Shown one piece after another: positions 55,247-64,000 of a stretch of DNA of 64,000 nucleotides (within the stretch, counting starts at the first letter, position 1; every line of letters begins with the position of its first letter). The notes beneath the pieces were generated by a model, which saw only the letters and a program-made list of their open reading frames with translations, was not told where the DNA came from and made no database searches. The DNA lies in NCBI GenBank assembly GCA_018714685.1, contig DVNC01000021.1:76758-140757 (forward strand), given 5' to 3'. The translations under genes and the position numbers were made by a program. This DNA is from Candidatus Scatocola faecipullorum (GTDB lineage Bacteria; Pseudomonadota; Alphaproteobacteria; RF32; CAG-239).

Positions 55247-57385
55247 ATGAAAAAGTTTTTTAAGTTTATCGGTATTTTGTTTTTGGTTTTAATTGTCGCA
55301 CTTGTCGGCGGCGGCTATTATTTTATCAAGAATTTTGACCTTAATAAATATAAAAGCTATGCCGAAGATTTGGTTTATAAAGAAACCGGACGGAAACTGG
55401 CTCTGAACGGCGAGGCCGATTTGGGAATTTCGCTGGTGCCGACTTTGGTTTTGAATGATGTTTCGCTGTCTAATGCTTCTTGGGCGTCTCAGCCGCAAAT
55501 GCTGAAAGTCAAACAACTGGAAATCAGCTTTGCTGTTTTGCCGCTGCTGCACAAAGAAATTATGATTAACAATATCAACCTGGTGGCGCCGGAAATTTAT
55601 CTGGAACAGAATGCCGTCGGTCAGGCAAACTGGGAGTTCAGCAAACCGGCAGACGGCGAGACAGCGGCGGTAAAGGCTGCCGAAGCGGAGCTTCCTCAGG
55701 CGGCAGAACGGGTTAAAACGGCGGAAAAAGCCGGTCCCGCAGCGGCGGTGTTGGCCGGTTTTGCCGCAAAAAACGTTTCGATTGAAAATGGTTTGGTCCG
55801 TTTTTCCGACCAGAAGGCCAAGCAGACGGTTAATTTGCAGATTAACAGCTTTAATTTTTCCGCCGACGGGATGGATGCTCCGATAACGGCAGATTTTGAT
55901 TTGCTGTATGACAATCAGCCGATAAAAGGGAATACCGTTTTGGGATCCATTAATCAGTTTTTGGCAGCCGCCGAGCCTTTTCCGGTTAAGCTGACGGCCG
56001 GTGCCTACGGGGTAAACGTCAATGCGGACGGAACCGTTGCCGATATGATGAAGAATCCTGTTTTCGATTTTAATGCCAATATTTATAATCCGGCCGGAAA
56101 TTTCGATGCTCCGGAGACTACGCTGGCTGCCAAAATAAGCGGTGACATTAAAAAGGTGAAAGCGGATATTTCGACCCTGAATGTTGCCAACAATCTGATA
56201 ACCGGAACGGTAACTGCCGATTTAAACGGCAAAAAACCGTTGATTAATGCCAATTTGAGCAGTGACCGCTTTGACTTAACCAGTTTGAACCGGGCTCAGC
56301 CGCTGGCGTGGAATTTTCCCGGCATTATCGGCGAAGCGCAGGCTTCGCAGCTGGTGCCGAACACGCCGGTTCCTTACAGTGCTTTAAACAGTGTGAATGC
56401 CAATGCCGCGGTTCGGGTTAAACAGTTAATTATTAATCCGGCGATGACGGCTGAAAATGTGGTGCTGACAGCCAAACTGAACAACGGTGTTTTGACGGTT
56501 AATCCTCTGAAGCTGGATTTCGGCGGAGGAGATATCGATGCGTCGCTGACGGTTAATGCTCCGGCTCAGACAGTGGCTTTGAAGCTGAACAGTAAGAATA
56601 TTCTGCTGCAAAACATGCACAAGGAATTTCAGATTGAAGGAAAAGGGGACTTTGGTATCGAATCCGGCGGACAGACTTTGGTTTCGGCAGATTTGACAAC
56701 CGGAGGTGCAACCTATCGGCAGCTGGTTCAGCATTTGAACGGCCAGCTGGTGGCAATTGTTGACAAATCGGTTATTAAAACCGGTGCGCTGAAATTTATG
56801 ACCGGCAATGTTCTGACCCAGATTTTGAACATGATCAATCTTAATGTCGTCAAAAATCCGGAAATCAATCTTGCCTGTGCAGTAGTTCGAGCCGATTTTG
56901 CCAACGGCAAGGCTAATTTTCCGCAGAGTATTGCCGTTCAGTCCAATCAGATTACGTTGGTGAGCAATGGTGCGCTTAATTTGGTCAGCGACAAAATCGA
57001 TTTTACGGTAACGCCGACCCTGAGCATTAAAGATGCCAATGTTGCTCAGGCATTATCTTCATTTATCAAGGTGGGCGGAACATTGGAAAATCCGAAAATT
57101 GCCCTTGATGAAAAGCAGGCGCTGCAAACGATTGTCGGTGTTGCGACGACGGGGCCGGCTTTTCTGGGAGCGCAGCTGGTTTCGGAATCGAATTCGGCGC
57201 CTTGCTGGACGGCTTTGCAGGGGACGCCTTATTCGACCCGGTTTAAGGCGCCGAGCAAAACCTCAACCGTGACCAATGATGTGGTCAGCGGTACCAAAAA
57301 TGCCGTTAAGGATACCGGAAAGGCGATTGAAAAGAGCGTCCGGGGAATTCGCGACGGAGTTAAAGACTTGTTTAAATCATTTTAG
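55247..57385 (+). CDS. asmA: AsmA-family outer-membrane biogenesis protein
   Basis: N-terminal anchor followed by FDLNKYKSYAEDLVYKETGRKLALNGEADLGISLVPTLVLNDVSLSN. 712 aa of repetitive beta-rich sequence. Confidence 0.8.
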   Translation: MKKFFKFIGILFLVLIVALVGGGYYFIKNFDLNKYKSYAEDLVYKETGRKLALNGEADLGISLVPTLVLNDVSLSNASWASQPQMLKVKQLEISFAVLPLLHKEIMINNINLVAPEIYLEQNAVGQANWEFSKPADGETAAVKAAEAELPQAAERVKTAEKAGPAAAVLAGFAAKNVSIENGLVRFSDQKAKQTVNLQINSFNFSADGMDAPITADFDLLYDNQPIKGNTVLGSINQFLAAAEPFPVKLTAGAYGVNVNADGTVADMMKNPVFDFNANIYNPAGNFDAPETTLAAKISGDIKKVKADISTLNVANNLITGTVTADLNGKKPLINANLSSDRFDLTSLNRAQPLAWNFPGIIGEAQASQLVPNTPVPYSALNSVNANAAVRVKQLIINPAMTAENVVLTAKLNNGVLTVNPLKLDFGGGDIDASLTVNAPAQTVALKLNSKNILLQNMHKEFQIEGKGDFGIESGGQTLVSADLTTGGATYRQLVQHLNGQLVAIVDKSVIKTGALKFMTGNVLTQILNMINLNVVKNPEINLACAVVRADFANGKANFPQSIAVQSNQITLVSNGALNLVSDKIDFTVTPTLSIKDANVAQALSSFIKVGGTLENPKIALDEKQALQTIVGVATTGPAFLGAQLVSESNSAPCWTALQGTPYSTRFKAPSKTSTVTNDVVSGTKNAVKDTGKAIEKSVRGIRDGVKDLFKSF

Positions 57386-57397
57386 GATAAGGACACA

Positions 57398-57898
57398 ATG
57401 ACAGCAGACTTGAAAGCGATGGCAAAGGATGTGGCTCAGCATCGCGACGAAATTATTGAGCGGATGGTTAATTTTTCCCTGACGGATACTTTGTTGTTCC
57501 GCAATCCCGATGCAGAAGACCTGATCGCCGAAGAACGTCAGGTTTGGGATCCGATTGTCGAGTGGGCGAAAAAAAACATGGACGCCGATTTTAAGACCAG
57601 CGAGAGTTTGGAAGTTCCGATGGAAAATAATGCATCGCTGCCTCGTTTGCAGGTTTTTTTAGAAAAGCTTTCCGATAAAGAACTGGCGGCTTTTTATCAG
57701 ACCGGAAAAATTACAAAGTCGGTTTTGCTGGCCGCGGCGCTGGTCAAAAAGCAGATTACGGCCGATGAGGCTTTTCGCGCCGCTTTTCTGGAAGAAATCT
57801 GGCAGGCCGACAAATGGGGACATGATGCCGAAGCAGATCAGAGACGGGAAGTCATCCGGCAGGAACTGATTGACGTCGAGAAGTTTTTGGCCGAGTGA
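57398..57898 (+). CDS. ATP12-family F1-ATPase assembly chaperone (short, C-terminal part only)
   Basis: DTLLFRNPDAEDLIAEERQVWDPIVEWA...ITKSVLLAAALVKKQITADEAFRAAFLEEIWQADKWGHDAEA matches the ATP12 helical domain. Confidence 0.7.
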   Translation: MTADLKAMAKDVAQHRDEIIERMVNFSLTDTLLFRNPDAEDLIAEERQVWDPIVEWAKKNMDADFKTSESLEVPMENNASLPRLQVFLEKLSDKELAAFYQTGKITKSVLLAAALVKKQITADEAFRAAFLEEIWQADKWGHDAEADQRREVIRQELIDVEKFLAE

Positions 57899-58188
57899 TG
57901 GAAAAGGAAGTCTATCTGAAAATCAAAGGTCGGGTGCAAGGAATCGGTTTTCGCTGGTGGGCAGTTAAAACGGCAGAGGAAATCGGCGGCATTTCCGGCT
58001 GGGTTCATAATGCGGCAGACGGGTCGGTTGAAATTCTGATGAGCGGCGAAGAAGATAATATTGACCGGATGATTTTGGCCTGCCATGCAGGACCGCCGCT
58101 GGCTCGTGTGGACAGCGTGAGTTTTATTGTCGGGCGGCGGTCGGGATTTTTGCCGCCGATTGTGGCAGGTGTATTCAAAAGAGTTTGA
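57898..58188 (+). CDS. acyP: Acylphosphatase
   Basis: VYLKIKGRVQGIGFRWWAVKTAEEIGGISGWVHNAADGSVEILMSGEE. The ATG overlaps the ATP12 TGA (TGATG). Confidence 0.85.
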   Translation: MEKEVYLKIKGRVQGIGFRWWAVKTAEEIGGISGWVHNAADGSVEILMSGEEDNIDRMILACHAGPPLARVDSVSFIVGRRSGFLPPIVAGVFKRV

Positions 58189-58194
58189 AATCCA

Positions 58195-58270
58195 GGGCTT
58201 TCTCTGCGGGTTAAAAGTGTCCTTACCTACTTCTGTGTACGCTACGGTACTTTTGACGACTGTTATTCGA
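58195..58270. repeat. GTAC-centred palindromic element, copy K (after acyP, degenerate)
   Basis: gggctttctctgcgggttaaaagtgtccttaccTACttctGTGTACgctacggtacttttgacgactg. The centre is nearly identical to copy J. Confidence 0.55.
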
Positions 58271-58427
58271 CACATTCTCCAAACTTTTAGCGTTGTTGAT
58301 ATGGCCGACTAAGGCGTTTTTTTCGAACGGAAAGTTGCGCTGATTAATACCAAGGTTTAGGGTTGCATTTAAGGGATTGCTTCATACTTCTTGAAGGTAA
58401 ATTTATAAGCTTTAAGGAGAGAAGATT

Positions 58428-58766
58428 ATGAGCGAAGTAGCCAGAACCAAAGAAAATCTTGAGCATTGCCGCTGTATGGACTGCCCGTCATATACGCTGG
58501 GCTGCAAAGTTAAAAATATGCCGGGAAATGTCTATAAGCTGATGGGCGATTTGAATGACGTCGAACATTTTGAAGCTTTGTATTGCGCTTTTGAGAAAAG
58601 CCGGTGTATCGAGGAAGACCGCGGCTGTTTGTGTGAGCAATGTCCGGTTCATGCCCAGTATCATTTGAACCGTGAGGACTATTGTCTGAAAACCGGCGGA
58701 TTGACCGAACCCGAGGCGGCAGAGGCTTATCAAAATCATATTGAACAAGAACGGCTGAGGCATTAG
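58428..58766 (+). CDS. Cys-rich DUF2769-like protein
   Basis: CRCMDCPSYTLGC...LYCAFEKSRC...GCLCEQCPVH is the CxCxxCP-type pattern I associate with DUF2769. AAGGAGAG RBS. Confidence 0.55.
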   Translation: MSEVARTKENLEHCRCMDCPSYTLGCKVKNMPGNVYKLMGDLNDVEHFEALYCAFEKSRCIEEDRGCLCEQCPVHAQYHLNREDYCLKTGGLTEPEAAEAYQNHIEQERLRH

Positions 58767-58778
58767 GTCGAGAGCGAA

Positions 58779-59657
58779 ATGCCGCAGCAACCTAACGATA
58801 TTCTGCATTATTACCGTCTGGCAAGCCAGCAGGCCGCTTTGGCACAGACTCCGGAAGAAGAGGCTGCGGCCTATCGTCAGGTGGTCGATTTTTGCGAGGA
58901 CAGCCGGGTTTGCCGTCTGGATGACAGCATTAAACGCAATTCGGTCATGTTTTGGTCTTACAACAACATCGGCGATGCGTTGTTGAAAAAAGGGCGCAGC
59001 CTGTTGGGTTTTAAGGCTGCGTCTAAAAATTATGCCGAAGTCTTGCACAGTTATGATCAAGCGCTGCATTCGGCTCGTGATGCGGCGGAGAAGATTTCTA
59101 CGCTGAATAAAATGGCGCAGACTTATCGATTGATGGGGGACAAGGAAAACTGGATTAAAACGGAAGAGAAAGTGATTGAAAATCTGGCAGATTCATTTAA
59201 GCGCCCGGCTTATTTGAAACTGGCGGAACAGGCGGATGACTTGTCTCTGGCGGCAGCGTTGACGGAAAAAGCGCTTGACTATGTTTTGGCGGAAATGGTG
59301 TCGCTGCGGCAGAAATTCCGGAACTTGCTGGATATTTGCTCCAGGCTGGAAAAACTGTATCGTCGTTTAAAGGACGGGCGCAACCGGACGCGTCTGCTGG
59401 AACTTAAACGAAAGACCGTCCGACTGTTGATGTCGGCGCTTGAAAATAAAATAATCCGTGAGACGGACAGCAGGCGGAAATATGTCCTTTATGATGAGCT
59501 TATGAGGTTGGGAAATCATTATTTGGAAGATGACAGGTTGTGGAAGGTTCAGATTTTACAGCTGCTGAAAAGCGAATTGGCGGAAGGAGAAGTCTGGCAT
59601 TTGGACGGAACAAAATACAGCCGTAAAATTATTGATAAAATGTTGCGGAAAATATAA
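58779..59657 (+). CDS. Hypothetical all-helical (TPR-like) protein, paralogue 1
   Basis: 292-aa ORF starting 12 nt after the DUF2769-like gene. Shares the block Y..A....D...K.S.L...A.......NW with the next gene. Confidence 0.55.
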   Translation: MPQQPNDILHYYRLASQQAALAQTPEEEAAAYRQVVDFCEDSRVCRLDDSIKRNSVMFWSYNNIGDALLKKGRSLLGFKAASKNYAEVLHSYDQALHSARDAAEKISTLNKMAQTYRLMGDKENWIKTEEKVIENLADSFKRPAYLKLAEQADDLSLAAALTEKALDYVLAEMVSLRQKFRNLLDICSRLEKLYRRLKDGRNRTRLLELKRKTVRLLMSALENKIIRETDSRRKYVLYDELMRLGNHYLEDDRLWKVQILQLLKSELAEGEVWHLDGTKYSRKIIDKMLRKI

Positions 59658-59734
59658 ATTTTTAAGATAAAGCATCTGGACAGCGATAGTGAATGGTTGT
59701 ACCCTTAACAGAAAGGAGAAAGGGAGACAACCCG

Positions 59735-60316
59735 ATGAATGAAACAGCAGAACGAGTGGAAAAAGCCGGTGATATTAATGAAGCTTATCGGCTGGTTTAT
59801 ATTTACGGCAAAGAAAACCCCAAGGATATTGACGGTTTGATTGCTTTGAACAAACTGCTTATCAGCAAAACGGGAGACCGAGCCAATAATGCCAATGACC
59901 GCAACATCATTTATGAGGCCTATCGTTCGATTGCACGCTGCTATAAGAATAAAAATCTGTTGGGGTCAGGTTATCCTTATGATGCCAAAAACTATGAAAT
60001 GGCGGCAGATTATTATTTGAAAGCGTTTGACAAAGCTCCGGACAGCGGAACCAAACTCAGTTCGCTGGATGGTGCGGCTTCGATGTTTTGGAATTTGGAC
60101 CAAATGCAGAATTGGTGTCGGGTACGGCTGCAACAGGCGGAATTGCTTTCGGATAAGGATAAAACCCGGATTTATATGGATATTGCGCGGGAAACGGCAG
60201 ATGGCGAAGCGCAGCGCAGTTATTATCGGCTGGCATTAAAGTATGCTTCGTTTATGGCGGCAGCACCGAATATACGTGACGGAATTGTCGCCGTTCTGAA
60301 AGAACGTATCGGCTGA
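59735..60316 (+). CDS. Hypothetical all-helical (TPR-like) protein, paralogue 2
   Basis: The start is set at MNETAE, with AGGGAGA 7 nt upstream. Helical repeat composition. A terminator follows. Confidence 0.5.
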   Translation: MNETAERVEKAGDINEAYRLVYIYGKENPKDIDGLIALNKLLISKTGDRANNANDRNIIYEAYRSIARCYKNKNLLGSGYPYDAKNYEMAADYYLKAFDKAPDSGTKLSSLDGAASMFWNLDQMQNWCRVRLQQAELLSDKDKTRIYMDIARETADGEAQRSYYRLALKYASFMAAAPNIRDGIVAVLKERIG

Positions 60317-60322
60317 GATTAC

Positions 60323-60351
60323 AGAAGAGCCCTTCGGGGTTCTTTTTTCTT
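60323..60351. terminator. Bidirectional terminator with a UUCG loop
   Basis: agaagagccc-ttcg-gggttctttt followed by ttctt, between convergent genes. Confidence 0.6.
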
Positions 60352-61798
60352 ATTCTCTGTTGCAGAGTTGGGTGAATTCGGCTTTTTTGTGATCGAGCAT
60401 GGTTCGGTTTTCGCCGGTGAGCGGCGCCGGTTTGCGGGCAATGCAATATTGCGGCAACAGTTTTTTTATGTTTTCAATATTCAGCTCCGGAACTGTTTTT
60501 TGTTCTTCTTTTTCGTTGCGACAATATTGGATTTTGCATTTGTTAAAATCTATGCGGATTTTTTTGCCTTGTCCGGCGGAAACTTTGGCGGTGATTTCGC
60601 CGCTGTCGGCGTCTTCAAATTCGTCAAAAGTTATTCGCAGATTATCCAGTGTTCCGGGAAGGAGAAATTCAATGAATTCGCCTTTGTCAATGTAGTTGCG
60701 GATTTCAAAAATTGCTTGGTTGCCCTGCCATTCAACAATTGAACCGGCAAACAGCCAATCGCCCAATGTGCGGGTGTATTCATAGTTTTGGCTGATGTTG
60801 GTCAGTTTTCCGTCGTGAAAGCCGAGGCAATAACCGCGGTTCTGCAAGGTGTAGAGGTCATCCATATAGTGGCGGAAATCCCAATGTCGGGGATCGCTGT
60901 AATAATCGTCGATTGCCTGGCGGTAAGTGCGGGCGACAACAGCCGCATAGTATTCGGTTTTATTGCGGCCTTCGACTTTGAGCGAATCCATGCCGAGGTT
61001 CAGCAAATCAGGCAGGCGCGGCAGCAGGCACATATCTTTGGAGTTAAGCATATAGCCGCCGTGTTCGTCTTCGACGACTTCGTACAGTTCGCCGGGGCGG
61101 AATTCTTCTTCCAGCAGAAATTCAAAGGCGTCTTTGTTCTGGTCGTTGATTTCGATTTCTTTAACAGAGCCGTCTTTCAGGCGGAGATGAAGCTTATAAT
61201 GCCAGCGGCAGCAGTGGGCGCATTTGCCCTGGTTGGCGCTGCGGTCGGCAAGATAATTGGAAATCAGACAGCGGCCGGAGTAAGACATGCACATGGCGCC
61301 ATGCATAAAACATTCGAGCAGAATGTCAGGACATTGCCGGCGGATTTCCTGCATCTCCTCAAAGGTGACTTCCCGTCCGAGCACACAGAGTTTGGCTCCC
61401 TGCTGTTGCCAGAACTTGACGGCCAGAGAGGAGCAGATGTTGGCCTGAGTGGAAACGAAAAGGTTTAATTCCGGGGCGTGTTCTTTAACATACATGAAAA
61501 CGCCGGGGTCGGCAATGAGAACGCCGTCCGGCTGCAAATGACGCAGGGTTTCGACAAATTGCGGCAGCTTGGCGACGTCACGGTTATGCATAAACAGGTT
61601 TAAGGTCAGGTAGATTTTTTTGCCGTTTTGGTGAACAAACCTGATGCCTTCTTCCAAGTCTTCCAACGTCATTTTGGACTGGGCGCGGAGGCACATGTCC
61701 GGTGTTCCGGCGTAAACGGCATCGGCGCCGTAAAGAATTGCGGTTTTGAGTTTGACCAGTGAACCGGCCGGAAGCAGAAGTTCCGCTTTATCTAACAT
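60350..61798 (-). CDS. Peptidase U32-family protein (RNA/quinone hydroxylation-type)
   Basis: ELLLPAGSLVKLKTAILYGADAVY N-terminus and the Cys cluster HGAMCMSYSGRCLISNY...GKCAHCCRW typical of U32 proteins. 482 aa. Confidence 0.85.
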   Translation of the reverse strand: MLDKAELLLPAGSLVKLKTAILYGADAVYAGTPDMCLRAQSKMTLEDLEEGIRFVHQNGKKIYLTLNLFMHNRDVAKLPQFVETLRHLQPDGVLIADPGVFMYVKEHAPELNLFVSTQANICSSLAVKFWQQQGAKLCVLGREVTFEEMQEIRRQCPDILLECFMHGAMCMSYSGRCLISNYLADRSANQGKCAHCCRWHYKLHLRLKDGSVKEIEINDQNKDAFEFLLEEEFRPGELYEVVEDEHGGYMLNSKDMCLLPRLPDLLNLGMDSLKVEGRNKTEYYAAVVARTYRQAIDDYYSDPRHWDFRHYMDDLYTLQNRGYCLGFHDGKLTNISQNYEYTRTLGDWLFAGSIVEWQGNQAIFEIRNYIDKGEFIEFLLPGTLDNLRITFDEFEDADSGEITAKVSAGQGKKIRIDFNKCKIQYCRNEKEEQKTVPELNIENIKKLLPQYCIARKPAPLTGENRTMLDHKKAEFTQLCNRE

Positions 61799-61801
61799 TT
61801 T

Positions 61802-62581
61802 TTACTCCTCAATGGTTATGTTGTGAGTGTAAACATTCATTTTGCCGAGCGGGGTTTCTTCGACCTCTATGCGGGCAATAAACGGAATGCCGGTTTTTTT
61901 ATCGGCAAGAATCCAAAAATAAATCGGGCGGTCGGAGGTAAACTGCCAAAGCAGGTCGTCGCCTTCGGAGCCGAGCTTGTCAATATACATGGAACATTTG
62001 CTTGCTGTTCCGGTCAGCGGCGAAAACTGGTTGGGCGCCAGTTCTTCTTTACCCTCGTCTTTGAAGATAACGTCAAAGCGGCGTTTGCCGTCAAAAACCT
62101 CCATGCGGGAATCGCAGAATTTAACCTGATTGTATTGACGGGCAAGTTCGGCAAAAACAGTTTGAAGGTCGGTCGTTTCGTTGTTTTTGGGATCGGGTGT
62201 GATTTCAACCTTTTTTTCTTTGTCGTTTTTGGAGCTGATGCGGTAAACCGGTACGCCCTGTTCATTATAAATCAGTTCTTTTTTGCGTTTGGTGAAACGC
62301 GACTGTGATTGATATTTGTAGCTGGTGGTTTCAAGTTTGCCGTTTTTAATGTGTCCGGTGGTAGCATAGCGTGCTTCAAAGGGGTAAAGGGTGTCGAACA
62401 AGCCGAAAGTTTTGACTTTGGAGGCAACGGCATAACTGTCAGGGCTGAGCGCGTAGGTAAAGGATGTTTGACTGGCATTAAAAGGGCCGATGAAAACGGT
62501 GAAGTCATGCGTGACGCTGAAAGCGCCGGCTTCCCGGCACAGGCACAGCAGGGAGAATAACGTAAACAGAGTTTTTTTCAT
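61802..62581 (-). CDS. DUF3108-like secreted protein
   Basis: Signal peptide MKKTLFTLFSLLCLCREAGA and a beta-rich body resembling DUF3108. Separated from the U32 gene start by 3 nt. Confidence 0.5.
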   Translation of the reverse strand: MKKTLFTLFSLLCLCREAGAFSVTHDFTVFIGPFNASQTSFTYALSPDSYAVASKVKTFGLFDTLYPFEARYATTGHIKNGKLETTSYKYQSQSRFTKRKKELIYNEQGVPVYRISSKNDKEKKVEITPDPKNNETTDLQTVFAELARQYNQVKFCDSRMEVFDGKRRFDVIFKDEGKEELAPNQFSPLTGTASKCSMYIDKLGSEGDDLLWQFTSDRPIYFWILADKKTGIPFIARIEVEETPLGKMNVYTHNITIEE

Positions 62582-62668
62582 TGTGTTGCAGAGCTTTCTT
62601 AATAAAATATCAAAACTTGAGGGCTACAATAACATAAAATTAGTTTAAATAAAGGATTTTGTTGCGCA

Positions 62669-63613
62669 ATGACGGTTTTGAAGCATCCGGTGGTGGTAAT
62701 TGCCGGTCCGACGGCTTCCGGCAAGTCCGGTTTGGCGCTGGATTTGGCCGAGGCTTTAAACGGCGTGGTGATTAATGCGGATTCTATGCAGATTTATCAG
62801 GATACGCCGATAATTTCAGCGGTTCCTTCTGCTGCCGACAAGGCACGGGTACCACATCGGCTGTATGAGATTTTTCCGGCGGATGTCAACAGTTCGGTGG
62901 TGGATTGGCTGAATTTGGCAGCGGCGGAAATCCGCAGCGCCTGGCTGGCGCAGAAGCTGCCGGTGGTGGCGGGCGGTACCGGTTTGTATCTGGACAATCT
63001 GATTAACGGAACCACGCCCATACCCGAAACTTCGGCGGCGGTTAGACAGGAAGTGGCAGCATTGCTGCGGGAATACGGCGTGCAGGCTCTGCATGAAAAG
63101 CTGCGGGAATACGATCCGGCGACGGCGAAAAGGCTGAGCCCGAATGATACTACCAGGGTACGCCGGGCTTATGAAGTCTGGCGGGATACAGGCGTGCCTC
63201 TGAGTGTGTGGCACCGGAAACCGATGGTTAAAAAGCTGCCCGAAGCCTCGTTTGTGGTTATTAAAATCATTCCCGGACGTGAGGAGCTGGACAGCCGCTG
63301 TTACCGGCGCTGGGAACAAATGCTGGCAGCCGGAGCGCTTAAAGAGGCAGCGGAGCTTGCGGCCAGAAAGCTGGACAGCCGCCTGCCGGCGATGAAGGCG
63401 CTCGGTGTGCCGGAACTGCTGGCTTTTGTCGAAGGAAAATGCTCGCTGGACGAAGCCTCGGCGCAGGCTAAGCTGCACACCCGGCAATATGCCAAAAGAC
63501 AGATGACCTGGTTTAAGAATAAACTTGCCGCCGATATCGTGCTCGACTCCTGTTATAAGGGGAGTCCGGAAGAGCGGGAAAAAGTCATTTTTGATGTTAA
63601 AAAACGATTATAA
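62669..63613 (+). CDS. miaA: tRNA dimethylallyltransferase
   Basis: VVVIAGPTASGKSGLALDLA...INADSMQIYQD..I....P is the MiaA pattern. Confidence 0.95.
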   Translation: MTVLKHPVVVIAGPTASGKSGLALDLAEALNGVVINADSMQIYQDTPIISAVPSAADKARVPHRLYEIFPADVNSSVVDWLNLAAAEIRSAWLAQKLPVVAGGTGLYLDNLINGTTPIPETSAAVRQEVAALLREYGVQALHEKLREYDPATAKRLSPNDTTRVRRAYEVWRDTGVPLSVWHRKPMVKKLPEASFVVIKIIPGREELDSRCYRRWEQMLAAGALKEAAELAARKLDSRLPAMKALGVPELLAFVEGKCSLDEASAQAKLHTRQYAKRQMTWFKNKLAADIVLDSCYKGSPEEREKVIFDVKKRL

Positions 63614-63685
63614 GGGTTGCACAATAACGTAAAGGGTTATAAAACTCAAATAATAGTAAATTCAAATAATCCGGAGATATAATAA

Positions 63686-64000
<315 letters not shown>

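Overview
The window is a 64-kb chromosomal stretch from a Gram-negative bacterium. It is most likely alphaproteobacterial, given a Tim44-like protein, an ATP12 chaperone, the SecB/Tim44/MltA/Smr block, ApaG, AsmA and LptG. The accessory content hints at a host-associated lifestyle, but that is inference. Most of the window is housekeeping: rpsF(end)-rpsR-rplI, lptG, tyrA, cysK, gmk, ampG, nrdAB, secB, the rimP-nusA-ylxR-infB-rbfA ... truB-rpsO-pnp superoperon, rplY-pth ... ychF, trmL, thyA, carD, apaG, hslO, recX, truA, rarA, crcB, rluC, asmA, acyP, miaA and mreB(start). I saw no rRNA, tRNA, CRISPR array, transposase or integrase. Five things stand out. (1) A dispersed family of 85-125 nt imperfect palindromes has a GTAC-N4-6-GT(G)TAC centre and occurs at 11 loci. 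All copies face the same way on the + strand. Ten sit directly at or over the stop codon of a gene; one is inserted in frame inside truA and one is tandemly duplicated. (2) A lipoprotein/SPOR gene, a pentapeptide-repeat gene and an orphan VirD4/TraG-like coupling ATPase gene sit together with no other type IV secretion genes nearby. (3) A 720-aa secreted protein combines about 30 cysteines in EGF-like modules with a beta-helix-like C-terminal half. (4) Small orphan gene sets interrupt otherwise conserved gene orders: rbfA|truB, pnp|rplY, pth|ychF and mltA|smr. (5) A DUF2769-like Cys-rich gene is followed by two paralogous all-helical orphan genes. The many long antisense ORFs in the track are judged to be shadow ORFs.
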